Origin: a virus
Lineage: Duplodnaviria; Caudoviricetes
Direction: 5' to 3' (one strand)
Length of the DNA stretch: 64,000 nt
Virus record (IMG/VR): IMGVR_UViG_3300020577_014021
Numbering within the stretch: position 1 is the first letter of the stretch; each line of letters opens with the position of its first letter. Both the position numbers and the translations under genes were made by a program. Below the pieces are notes generated by a model. It had not been told where the DNA came from. It worked only from the letters and a program-made list of their open reading frames with translations, and did not search any database. Positions 31,690 through 41,113 of the stretch are shown here, in pieces.

Positions 31690-33138
31690 TTAACCAGTGA
31701 TTTCGCCAAGCAGGACGCTTGTACGCGGAAGTTTCGCAGCAACGCAACCAAAGGTGTAATAGATTTTACGCAACGAAGTATCAATCGTAGCAGCGTTAAG
31801 CGATTCAAACGGTACCAACATATGTTTTTCCAAACCAAGTTTGTCAAGCAAGAAACCTGTCGAAGCTCCAGGAACCTTGTTATTCAAGTCAACAAACACA
31901 GTCGTGGCCAAACCAGAATTCGCCACACGGCCAATGAACTTCATATTGACTTTAGAAGTAGCACCAACTGTACCAACCGAACGATACACATTAAACCAAC
32001 GAGCAGCATTACCCGCCGCCGGAGTAATAGTTACGTTAACCAAATCACCATTCGCAACAATCGTCACACTGGAAATTGCCGAACCAACCAAGCTTTCGCC
32101 AGTTTCATTAGAAGCCGTAACATAGTACGAATACACTTGACCAGTTAGGAAAGTAGTACCGTCAGCAGCACGGGCAACCGCAATTGTCGGATTAGTAGGA
32201 ACTAAAGAACCAGCACGCAACGGCGGTCCATTTTTTCCGCGTAGAAACACTGAGCTACGAATATTAACCGAACCATTCGTCACCCATTGTGTATCAATAC
32301 GCGCACCTTGCGATGTTTGCGGTGTACCAGCCAACACAATACGTTCTTTAGATTGCGTAGCTTTATTGTAAGCCACACGCTGATCTGTACCAACATACAG
32401 GTCTTCCGCAACACCGTAGTTATTCACGCTACGTTTTTGCGCATCTTCAATATTGGATTGCGAGAACACACCACCAACAAACACAACGTTAGAATCACCA
32501 GCGCCATACTCAGCCATCATCAAATCCTGAGTATTCAAATTGGTATCGCTTTGGCGAATCTGAACATCAATACCGCGCATATTCGGCATGTTATTAGGAA
32601 TCGCATTCGGATTGCCGTCAAACACACCACCATTGCTAAAGTCAGCTTGACCGCGGAACATATCAAATTCGATATCACCCGCAATCTTTTTAGCACACGA
32701 ATCAGCATTACGCGCTTCATTGTCCATACCATCAAACGATTCAGTACGAACCAAAGCCACACTTGTTTTGCTGTTAGTGGTATAAAATTTCACCGGCATG
32801 TAATCACGCACAACATCGAGCGTATTATCTTGGCCAGCACTAACTTCAAGTGTCGCAGAGCTACCAAGAATACCATAGCTCAATTGACGATCATATTCGA
32901 CTGTCAAAGACTTAGCTTTCTTCTCAGCCAGTTCTTTAGTCAAGAAAAGATGTTTTTCTTGATAAGTCGCATTATACATAACCGGCGAAAGGTCTTCAAC
33001 CTGAAGCGCTGCGCCTTGTGTCCAAGTACCAGGACTACCAACACGATAACCAGCTTCTAAACCTTTTTCCAAAAGTGCATTTTTCAATGCTTCAACTATA
33101 AAACGTTCTTTTTCATTGATAAGTTGTTCGTTCGACAT
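31690..33138 (-). CDS. major capsid protein, SPO1/Twort-type
   Basis: KGLEAGY...GAALQVEDL N-terminus; beta-rich insertion YSYYVTASNETGES...FNVYRS; position downstream of protease and scaffold; elevated GC. Confidence 0.88.
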   Translation of the reverse strand: MSNEQLINEKERFIVEALKNALLEKGLEAGYRVGSPGTWTQGAALQVEDLSPVMYNATYQEKHLFLTKELAEKKAKSLTVEYDRQLSYGILGSSATLEVSAGQDNTLDVVRDYMPVKFYTTNSKTSVALVRTESFDGMDNEARNADSCAKKIAGDIEFDMFRGQADFSNGGVFDGNPNAIPNNMPNMRGIDVQIRQSDTNLNTQDLMMAEYGAGDSNVVFVGGVFSQSNIEDAQKRSVNNYGVAEDLYVGTDQRVAYNKATQSKERIVLAGTPQTSQGARIDTQWVTNGSVNIRSSVFLRGKNGPPLRAGSLVPTNPTIAVARAADGTTFLTGQVYSYYVTASNETGESLVGSAISSVTIVANGDLVNVTITPAAGNAARWFNVYRSVGTVGATSKVNMKFIGRVANSGLATTVFVDLNNKVPGASTGFLLDKLGLEKHMLVPFESLNAATIDTSLRKIYYTFGCVAAKLPRTSVLLGEITG

Positions 33139-33168
33139 ATTATATGCTCCTATGTTTTCTTTCTTTAA

Positions 33169-33987
33169 TTAGATATTTAAAAATTTCTTCAAGTCATCTG
33201 AAGGGTGAAGATTCAAAGAATACTTGGTGATTTTTTGACGATCCGCAGGTGTCAAATTCGGATCCTGAGCTTTTTCACTCAGTTTCTGAATCAATTCTTC
33301 ACGAGTAATCTTTGCCGGGGCCGGTTCAGACTTAGCAATGAAATTAGCACCAGTGAAAGCATGGCTCTGTGGTTGGCTAGAAACTCTTTCAAGATTTTTA
33401 ACCAAATCACCCATCTGGGTTTTCAACGCATTAATTTCTTTTTGTAGTTCTTTTTCTTTTTCAGTCACTTTATGCTCCGATTTTTTAAGGTCCTGCTTAA
33501 TTTGTTTATTACCCTTTGAAATCAGTGATTTTTGGGATTTAGCCACGATATAATTTTTATCCATGATTTGATCCACCATCGCTGTTTCTTCTTGTTTTTC
33601 TTGCTGCATTTTAGCAGCAAGAGCACGATTTACGGCAACCAAGTGGGCCATCAAATCGTCTTCATCCAAGCCCATGTACTGTTCGCAAAGTTCATCAACA
33701 GAAGCATGATTCATTTCTTCCTCAAGCTCTTCTGTTACATGTTCATCTTGCTTGGCATCAACTTCAGGCATTGGATCTTCGGCTTTAGGACCTTCTTCTT
33801 TGCCATCATCCTTTTTTAGTTCTTCTTTTTCTTTTTCGTCTTTATCTTCTTTTTTGTCTGATTCGGCTTTTGCATCTTTCTTATCCTCTTCCTTTTCTTC
33901 AGACTTTGTAATTTTTTCGTATTCTTTTTGCACTTCTGCAATAAGTGTATATAATTTTTGATCTTCTAAGTTTACCGACATAAACAT
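33169..33987 (-). CDS. acidic coiled-coil head protein (scaffold-like)
   Basis: E/D/K-rich, several KS sites, directly upstream of MCP. Confidence 0.6.
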   Translation of the reverse strand: MFMSVNLEDQKLYTLIAEVQKEYEKITKSEEKEEDKKDAKAESDKKEDKDEKEKEELKKDDGKEEGPKAEDPMPEVDAKQDEHVTEELEEEMNHASVDELCEQYMGLDEDDLMAHLVAVNRALAAKMQQEKQEETAMVDQIMDKNYIVAKSQKSLISKGNKQIKQDLKKSEHKVTEKEKELQKEINALKTQMGDLVKNLERVSSQPQSHAFTGANFIAKSEPAPAKITREELIQKLSEKAQDPNLTPADRQKITKYSLNLHPSDDLKKFLNI

Positions 33988-34010
33988 TTCCTTTTTTTTG
34001 ATAAAAAATT

Positions 34011-34472
34011 TTATTGAGCAGTAAGTTTGTTGTACAAATCAGGCAACGTAACCGTATTAAGATTCGCAGCAACCATGTCAGTCAACGCAGGAATAGCGCC
34101 ATTGGGGCTCAGATAAAATTTGTAGATAGCAGCTACTTTAGCAGCAGCTGTATGCATAATTGCAGCATTAGAAGCATTCAGGTAAGTCACGTTGACACCA
34201 GCGCCCAATTCCGTAGCCACATCCAAAATATGCGGAACAAAATTTTCTTGCGCAGTGCCAATGGCATTGACAAACAATAATTCTTCAGGTTTAATACGAA
34301 TAAGAATAACCTGTTCAGTTGTAGCCGGCGTAGCATCAGCCGAAACTCGCAAAACAGGATTGCCATCCGTATCTGTGCTATTAACAAATACATAGGTACT
34401 AGGAAATCTTTGAACTAACTCGCGTTGCAAATTACGCATTAAAGCGGCGGCTTTTGTCGTTGTATTGCCCAT
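34011..34472 (-). CDS. probable virion/head protein
   Basis: Ala/Thr-rich, elevated GC like MCP, AAGGAG RBS. Confidence 0.55.
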   Translation of the reverse strand: MGNTTTKAAALMRNLQRELVQRFPSTYVFVNSTDTDGNPVLRVSADATPATTEQVILIRIKPEELLFVNAIGTAQENFVPHILDVATELGAGVNVTYLNASNAAIMHTAAAKVAAIYKFYLSPNGAIPALTDMVAANLNTVTLPDLYNKLTAQ

Positions 34473-34807
34473 AAACTAAATTCTCCTTAAAAAGAAAGTT
34501 AAATAATACCTATAGTTTAAGTTTCATTTAAAAAACGAATTTGTATTATTTATGATTTAAAAAAAATCAAATATATTGTTTTATACTATAGATATGGAAA
34601 ATGAGATTAAAGATGAATACAAGTTTTTGATACCTAAAGGCACAGTTCTTTATTATCGCAAAGAAGCTTTTTGCCGAACATTAGAAGATGTTTGGGTAAA
34701 CAGTAAGGACCTGGTAACTAATGGCGGTCTAAAATATTTTGACGATATGATTGCTAATTGGCCTCAAAGTATGGCTGGATGGAATCAAGTTGTGCCATCA
34801 AGTACAT

Positions 34808-35311
34808 TTAAATGCCATAAGCCAACATAATTTTTTTAACATGCCAATGAGCCTGAATATTTTGGTTTAATTTCTTTTTTGCTTTATATGGACCATTTAA
34901 CCAAGCATAACCCACATAAGCAGGTTCATTGGTGCCCAATTCTTTTATCATCATGTCATAATAAACAAAAGCTACATTATTATATATAGGTTGATTTTTG
35001 TTAAAAAACTTGGCTAACTGTGCATTATTGTATTTAAGCAAAAATTTATATGACTTGAAAACAGGTTGTGTTTTTACCACATGCCTAACAGTAATAGGCA
35101 TCAAAGCATATTTTCCTATAGCAAAAGATTTATTTGCCAATACAGGATGCTTGACGTTTTTGCCATCATTGGATTCTACTACTGCAATAGCATGCATCGT
35201 TTTGTTTTTTATATTTTTTAACCAATAATCAGGCAATACAGAAGTATCATCAGAAGTGTTAGGTAAAAAGAAAATATTACATAAAATAATAATGCAGCTC
35301 AATAATCTCAT
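34808..35311 (-). CDS. secreted or anchored lytic transglycosylase-like (lysozyme fold) protein
   Basis: Signal-like N-terminus; IAVVES (catalytic Glu), AIGKYALMPIT, AWLNGP. Confidence 0.7.
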   Translation of the reverse strand: MRLLSCIIILCNIFFLPNTSDDTSVLPDYWLKNIKNKTMHAIAVVESNDGKNVKHPVLANKSFAIGKYALMPITVRHVVKTQPVFKSYKFLLKYNNAQLAKFFNKNQPIYNNVAFVYYDMMIKELGTNEPAYVGYAWLNGPYKAKKKLNQNIQAHWHVKKIMLAYGI

Positions 35312-35337
35312 AAAAATTTTCTCAAAATAAAAAGTTA

Positions 35338-35805
35338 TTAAACTGCACCAACAACACTGACCCCAGAAACGCTTTGAGGCTTTATTACCTTGGTTCTGGT
35401 AATTTTATAACCTTTGCGTTTTGGAACATCATTTGTTCCAATTTTAACACTTGTAGAATATTGTCTAGCAGCAGGTGTATCTGTTGCACTCATTCCATCT
35501 TTTTGCAAATTCTTTTTTAGAGATTTAGCAATTTTTTCAGGAATCGCAAATTTATTACCTTTTTCAATTTTTTCTTTATATAGAGCAATTTTTTTTTTGA
35601 AAAGGCTTTTTTCCATTTCAGTATTTAATTTAGCATTTATACCAGGCATACTTTGATTAGCCTGTACCTTAGGCATAGTAGGCTTAGTAGATTTATTCGT
35701 AAAAAAAGGTGATTTCTTGGCTGAAGCTTTCTTAGCAGACCATTTTTTAATTTCTTGCTGTTTCATACGATCTGCAATTGTAGCATGTTGATCCATAATA
35801 CACAC
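35338..35805 (-). CDS. basic hypothetical head-module protein
   Basis: Lys-rich, EKSL/AKSL motifs. Confidence 0.55.
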   Translation of the reverse strand: MCIMDQHATIADRMKQQEIKKWSAKKASAKKSPFFTNKSTKPTMPKVQANQSMPGINAKLNTEMEKSLFKKKIALYKEKIEKGNKFAIPEKIAKSLKKNLQKDGMSATDTPAARQYSTSVKIGTNDVPKRKGYKITRTKVIKPQSVSGVSVVGAV

Positions 35806-35807
35806 TC

Positions 35808-36614
35808 CTAAGAATTCAAAAGTACATGATAAGAAAAAAGTTCTGCTTTTGCTAAACGTCTTTTTACATCTTCTTTATTAATTTTAGCTTCAACTACTAC
35901 TTTTTCCTCAGATTTTTTTATTCCATCTAAGTTTTTCTTAATATTTTGTTTATAGTCACAGATTTTCTTTTCTAAATCAATAATTTTTGTTTGTAAAGCA
36001 CTTGGCTCATTATTTCCTTTATCAAGCACTTCTAAACTACCACTTAAACCTTTACAAAGATAATTCTTATTTTCTTCAGCACTCAATTTATCGTAAACTT
36101 CTTTTTCAGATTTTGTTAGATTTTTAACAATATCTGAAACACAAGTATCATTGCAAGGCATCATTGTTAATGCCACACACCTTGCAACAGCTTGTTTAAT
36201 ATTTACATTATCTCGATCTAACGTATTACCTTCAATAGAAAAACGAGCCGCTATAGGCAAATTGCGCTTTTTGAAATGCTTAATGATAGAGGCTGCAGCA
36301 GCAGCTTCTCGATGTCCTTCATCGTCGAATAATTCGGCAGTTCCATAGACAATAGGTACTTTACCAGCTTGTGTAAAACACGCTTTTTCATGATCACTTA
36401 TACACTCCTCTAATGTAAATATTTTTTTAGCCGTTACAATACGACCTAAATAATTGCTAAAATTATCACTTTTATGTTCAGCATTTAAATATGCATCACC
36501 ATTATTAAGATTAGAAATATCTAACCCATGGATATCAATAACTTCGCCGCTTTTATCAATGGCTTCTGAAGCAAATACTCCACCAATAAGAAGCCCTTTG
36601 TTTAATTTTTGCAT
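35808..36614 (-). CDS. prohead protease
   Basis: IGGVFASEAIDKSGEVI, LNAEH, FSIEG, VALTMMPCN; start MQKLNK after AAGGA. Confidence 0.85.
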   Translation of the reverse strand: MQKLNKGLLIGGVFASEAIDKSGEVIDIHGLDISNLNNGDAYLNAEHKSDNFSNYLGRIVTAKKIFTLEECISDHEKACFTQAGKVPIVYGTAELFDDEGHREAAAAASIIKHFKKRNLPIAARFSIEGNTLDRDNVNIKQAVARCVALTMMPCNDTCVSDIVKNLTKSEKEVYDKLSAEENKNYLCKGLSGSLEVLDKGNNEPSALQTKIIDLEKKICDYKQNIKKNLDGIKKSEEKVVVEAKINKEDVKRRLAKAELFSYHVLLNS

Positions 36615-36668
36615 AGTTTTATCCTTAACCATTACATAGATTAAGTTTAAAATTTATAAAATTAAAAA

Positions 36669-36809
36669 TGGCTGATTACGGATTCGAACCGTATTTTAAT
36701 GTATATAGTAAGACTTATGAAAATATTAATATATGCCAAAACCTTACAAGAGAGATGAAGGAATTTTTCTTACTATTTCATTCGTTTTCCCAATATAAAC
36801 TAATCAGCC
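36669..36809 (-). ncRNA. tRNA-like RNA 3 (141 nt) with extended anticodon stem carrying a 54-nt insert
   Basis: GGCTGAT/ATCAGCC-A; GTTT-ATATTGGGA-AAAC; AATG..ATAGTAAGA/TCTTACTAT..CATT; TACGG-TTCGAAT-CCGTA. Confidence 0.75.
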
Positions 36810-36813
36810 AAAA

Positions 36814-37194
36814 CTAACCATTCACATATATCTTATACAAAGATTCTTTTACTTGCCTCAAATTTTCAAGAATCTTCGTGTTATCTCTCATAACATATTC
36901 CAAAATAGTTAAATTGTCAAATTGTTTTCTAGGAACATGCAAATAATTATAAATTACTTTTTTTTGCTGACCAAATAACATAAACAAATTTTTATGTATA
37001 TGCAGAGTAGTATCAACTAATTCACAGCAATAATCATTTGCTGGTAAAGTTTTAAGTCTAGAATATTTTTCATATTCATGTTTATTAGCACCTAAAAGTG
37101 CTTTTATCTGATCTTCAGATAATTTATATAAATCACAGAACTTCCAAAAAGCCTTACTTAAAATAGGCCAATAATTCATTATCTCTATGTTCAT
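36814..37194 (-). CDS. MbcA/ParS/Xre-family antitoxin-like protein
   Basis: FWKFCDLYKLSEDQIKALLG (Xre-like HTH); HIHKNLFMLF...YLHVPRKQFDNLTILEYV...LRQVKESL (DUF2384-like). Confidence 0.65.
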   Translation of the reverse strand: MNIEIMNYWPILSKAFWKFCDLYKLSEDQIKALLGANKHEYEKYSRLKTLPANDYCCELVDTTLHIHKNLFMLFGQQKKVIYNYLHVPRKQFDNLTILEYVMRDNTKILENLRQVKESLYKIYVNG

Positions 37195-38566
37195 TGCAAT
37201 TATGCTCTAAAATTTGTTTAACATCCATTAAACTTTTACCTAAAGCATTCTGGTGCTTATATTCATCATAACCTTCTGATTTATACTCTAACACACCAGA
37301 TGAATTAAATCCAAACCCTGGGTAAATTCCAATCATAAGACAACGACAGTTGTTGGTTACCAACCCATTATAAACCAAACTATGATCCATTTTAACTGTT
37401 ATATCATATAAAAATGTTGGTTTGGTTTTGTGATGATGAGTAATCAAATGCTCTGCTGAAAATTCTTCTAATTCAAATTTTTGACTATCAATCTTTTCTA
37501 AATATAACCCTAAATTACCAAAAGCCTTATTTCGACAATCGTTAGAACAAAAATATTTTGGATGATTAAAAAGCATAGGTTTATAACAAACCACACAATT
37601 TTTAACCATTTTAACTAGTTTTTCGTTATATTGATTGACTTGAGAAATGGGCTTCATGCCATTTGCAGTAAAAACTTTATGATCTGGCGTTACACATACA
37701 TTATCACGACTACCAGCATGAGATTTTATTTCATAATAAGGTCCCTGATAAGGAACCTTTAGAAAATTCAAAGTATTTTCAACACCGCGAAAACGCTTCT
37801 GATGAGTATAAACCTTATCACCAAAAGAAACGTTTTTTATTTTCTTAAAACCTTTTGAGGTATAAACTCTGCCTGTCCCGTATAAAAAACAATTAGGGTG
37901 AACGGGTGGCATAACTGGCTGTGGGCTTTTTCTATTTAAATATCCAGATCCTAATTCCGAAAGCTTATACACCCTAGGCGTAATGCCATCTTTTTGTAAA
38001 AAAAATTCTTTGCAATATTTACAAACAAAAGCATCTTTTTTAGTCATGAAAGCAACGGTAGGATCGTCAAATCCTTGACTTTGCATGACATCTAAAATAC
38101 CATCTTGTAAGCCAACTGTTTTAGCTCTTTGTAATTCTGTTTCAACTACTTTTTTTACTTCCCCATGTGCCTGGTCAAAAACATTTAACAAACTACTATT
38201 TAATTCCTTTTCGTAATCAAAATCTTCGTCAACAGACGCATCCTTTAAAGCATTATCAACTGAAAAAAGAGCTTGAGCTTTAGTTTTTTCAGCTGATGCA
38301 TTAATATAAGACTCTGCCACTGAAGCTAAAGACTGCACAGAGGAAAGAGCAGGTCGATGTAAAGGATCTGCATTTAAATAAGCAGCTGTATAAAGTCCAG
38401 GCAATGTTAAAGTTTTATCATAATTAACGGGATCAATTCTTATTTGTGGTGCATAAAAAGAACCCAATAATCTCAACTTTAATTTTTCATACAAAACATC
38501 AATACCATTAATAATAGTTTGCTTTGTTGATTCAGGTAAAAAAGGTTTAGGCATGTTTATGCTCAT
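37154..38566 (-). CDS. phage head morphogenesis protein (Mu gpF/SPP1 gp7-like) with intein
   Basis: VETEL, CKYC, PPVHPN|intein|CRC. Confidence 0.82.
   Translation of the reverse strand: MSINMPKPFLPESTKQTIINGIDVLYEKLKLRLLGSFYAPQIRIDPVNYDKTLTLPGLYTAAYLNADPLHRPALSSVQSLASVAESYINASAEKTKAQALFSVDNALKDASVDEDFDYEKELNSSLLNVFDQAHGEVKKVVETELQRAKTVGLQDGILDVMQSQGFDDPTVAFMTKKDAFVCKYCKEFFLQKDGITPRVYKLSELGSGYLNRKSPQPVMPPVHPNCFLYGTGRVYTSKGFKKIKNVSFGDKVYTHQKRFRGVENTLNFLKVPYQGPYYEIKSHAGSRDNVCVTPDHKVFTANGMKPISQVNQYNEKLVKMVKNCVVCYKPMLFNHPKYFCSNDCRNKAFGNLGLYLEKIDSQKFELEEFSAEHLITHHHKTKPTFLYDITVKMDHSLVYNGLVTNNCRCLMIGIYPGFGFNSSGVLEYKSEGYDEYKHQNALGKSLMDVKQILEHNCNEHRDNELLAYFK
37349..37891 (-). mobile_element. mini-intein (181 aa) in the F-like protein
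   Basis: CFLYGTGRV start; block B VTPDHKV; block F/G LYDITV..DHS..YNGLVTNN|C. Confidence 0.85.
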
Positions 38567-38727
38567 CTAACTCTGCATCTTCATTTAAGTCAATATCATC
38601 ATCCAAATTAAATAGGCTAAAAGTATTACGCAAATAAACTCCAAAACGCGTTAAGCACTCCAAACATTTTATGCCTGACTGAATAAAAAAATCAACCATA
38701 TTATTTTGTACTCCTATTTAAAACAAA

Positions 38728-38784
38728 AGCCAATATATTATCTCGTAACGCCTAAAAAACAACTTACCAGATAATATATTGGCT
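38728..38784 (-). terminator. 16-bp perfect inverted repeat, terminator-like
   Basis: AGCCAATATATTATCT/AGATAATATATTGGCT followed by TTTGTTTT on the minus strand. Confidence 0.6.
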
Positions 38785-38801
38785 ACAAAAAAATACACTA
38801 T

Positions 38802-39224
38802 TTAAGGTTTTATGACCCTATTTTTAGTTTGTTGAACAATATCACCTTTCACATTTTTCATTTCTTTTGCTAAACCATCAAGTAATTGTTTAACAATATT
38901 ATCGTGCTGTTTATTAATTTTTTTATGATTAAAAGTTATGTTTTGATAAGTTTTTTCTTTTTTGTTTAAATTATCAGAAATTGGTGGAGGCACATTATCC
39001 TTAAATTGTTGGCTTTGTGCATTTTGTCCTTGTAACTCAATTATTTTATCTTGCAATTGTTTTACAGACATATAAAGTGGTTGGTCAGAATTCTCATAAT
39101 CATCTTCTAACTGTTGCTTACCAGCCAAATAACCTACCCAAAAAATCTTCATAACAATTTGAGATAATTGAACCTCAAAATCATTAGAAAATTCATCTAC
39201 TCTACCGTTTAATTCTATATCCAT
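38802..39224 (-). CDS. hypothetical head-module protein
   Basis: Start MDIELNG just after the portal stop. Confidence 0.55.
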   Translation of the reverse strand: MDIELNGRVDEFSNDFEVQLSQIVMKIFWVGYLAGKQQLEDDYENSDQPLYMSVKQLQDKIIELQGQNAQSQQFKDNVPPPISDNLNKKEKTYQNITFNHKKINKQHDNIVKQLLDGLAKEMKNVKGDIVQQTKNRVIKP

Positions 39225-39225
39225 A

Positions 39226-41103
39226 TTATTCTTCCATGATTTCATCGTCAGGAACGATATCAACATTCTCTTCAATCGCGGTCGGAATTCCGACCTCGGA
39301 AATATTTTGCTTTGCAAACAGATCCTTCAATTCTGCCGTGTACTCTTCTAAGCAATGTTTCACTCTTCCCTTGGATTTCAACAAACCCTGAAAAATGCTT
39401 TGATACTGAAACCAGAATCCACTTTGATAAAAATTCAAACTTGGATCTAACAATAAACTCTTGTTTCCAGTAAATGCATATAAAAATACATTCATAGGTA
39501 CATTCTCTTTGGCCATATTTAAAAACTGTGGATTTAAAGGAATGTTACCAGCAACTGGCACTTCGCTTTTTTCAACTGAATTCAATGTATCATTCATCGT
39601 TGAATATACATTCATTTCAGTTTGCAAACGTGTTACTTCTTTTTGTGGATCATCTGCTTCCAAACCAACAAATTTAAAGATACAGTATTTATGCACCTCA
39701 GGATCAATAATGGACAAAATACGGTTCATCAAAACCTGAGTATGATACAAAAGCGGTTTAAACCCAGCAGAACGAGCTACTTGTAAACGATACTCATTAT
39801 TACTTTCAGCTATAGGCTGTCCAGCTACCGTACCCCTGCTCAAATAAGCCATAGCGCTAAGTTCTTCAGGGGCAACTTGATAATTAGACAAAATCAGTCT
39901 AGCAGTATTTTCACTTAAATAAGCAAACTCTTGGTCTCTATTCCCAGGTTGATCAAAAGAAACGTAATCAATCTCGTCTTCTTTAGGAATGCCAACAATA
40001 GGCATTCTAAAAGCATTGCGCACACTGTTAATAGAAGCATTCATGTGCAAACGAATACGATTCAAAACGTTTTCATTTATTTGATCAGACTTGATAACCA
40101 AACCACCTTTGGCAGCCCTTCCTTGAAAAAAGAAAAGGTGATTGTGCATCATTGAATTTAAATTAGTCGTTAAAGAACGAGCAACGTCGTCAAGAGGCGG
40201 TCTTGGGTATCCAGCATAATCTACACTGGTAGAAGGATAATAATTATGTACTAGCAGTTCATCATCCTTAAAAGCCATACGTGGAATTTCATTAATGACT
40301 TGCACCCAGGCATATTCACCATTAATAAAAGACTGTAGATTTAAACGATCATATCTAATTTGTTCTTTGCCACGTAATTTATCCAATGCCAAAAAATCAC
40401 TTTGAACTTGTTTATACAAAGGATTGTCTGGCAATCCCCTTTGATCAACTAACTTGAAATCAAGATAAGGAGCACGATAAATAGTCCCAGAATCAACAAG
40501 CCTAAAACTATGAAAAAGGTTATCCTTACCTTTAATAATTTCAACTGCAGGAAAACCATACAATGGAGCAGCTTTAGCCAAACCTTGCAAAAACTCAGGC
40601 AAAGTTACTCTTTGATGGTACTGCAAATTATCTGTTTTACCGCAATTATAAAACAAATCTCTTATGTATTTAATTTTCTCATCCAAGGACTGTTTTAAAG
40701 AAGTAGGTAATTTGTTAATTTCCGATGGCTTACGATAAACTATTTTATAACCAATATCATACCTAGAAACTTGAGGCTGCCCAAATAATGATAATTGATT
40801 ACCACGTGTATTTAAAATACAAGCTAGCAATTCATTGTTTTCAGCCATCTGTTTCAAAACAACATAAGGCAATAAATTCAAACGACGACGATACAACCCA
40901 CTATACAACAAACCACTTTGAGGATCATAGGTATACGATTTTCTCTCAGGTTCATCATTAGGCACAGCATACGGTGCAGAACGTGCATCTAAAATTGAAA
41001 TAATAGATTTTGATAGAGGATGTAATGTTTCTGTATTAGGCATAACATCAATATGATCCATTTGGACTGGACTTTTTTTCTTTTTATTTTTATCAAAAAC
41101 CAT
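39226..41103 (-). CDS. portal protein
   Basis: FRLVDSGTIY, GYPRPPL, FFQGRAAKG, RDQEF..L, YQVAPEEL; located between TerL and head genes. Confidence 0.85.
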   Translation of the reverse strand: MVFDKNKKKKSPVQMDHIDVMPNTETLHPLSKSIISILDARSAPYAVPNDEPERKSYTYDPQSGLLYSGLYRRRLNLLPYVVLKQMAENNELLACILNTRGNQLSLFGQPQVSRYDIGYKIVYRKPSEINKLPTSLKQSLDEKIKYIRDLFYNCGKTDNLQYHQRVTLPEFLQGLAKAAPLYGFPAVEIIKGKDNLFHSFRLVDSGTIYRAPYLDFKLVDQRGLPDNPLYKQVQSDFLALDKLRGKEQIRYDRLNLQSFINGEYAWVQVINEIPRMAFKDDELLVHNYYPSTSVDYAGYPRPPLDDVARSLTTNLNSMMHNHLFFFQGRAAKGGLVIKSDQINENVLNRIRLHMNASINSVRNAFRMPIVGIPKEDEIDYVSFDQPGNRDQEFAYLSENTARLILSNYQVAPEELSAMAYLSRGTVAGQPIAESNNEYRLQVARSAGFKPLLYHTQVLMNRILSIIDPEVHKYCIFKFVGLEADDPQKEVTRLQTEMNVYSTMNDTLNSVEKSEVPVAGNIPLNPQFLNMAKENVPMNVFLYAFTGNKSLLLDPSLNFYQSGFWFQYQSIFQGLLKSKGRVKHCLEEYTAELKDLFAKQNISEVGIPTAIEENVDIVPDDEIMEE

Positions 41104-41113
41104 ACTTGCTTTC

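Noticed and set aside
31822-33961. Long plus-strand ORFs opposite the MCP and scaffold genes
   Set aside because: Antisense shadows from biased codon usage; no RBS or recognisable motifs
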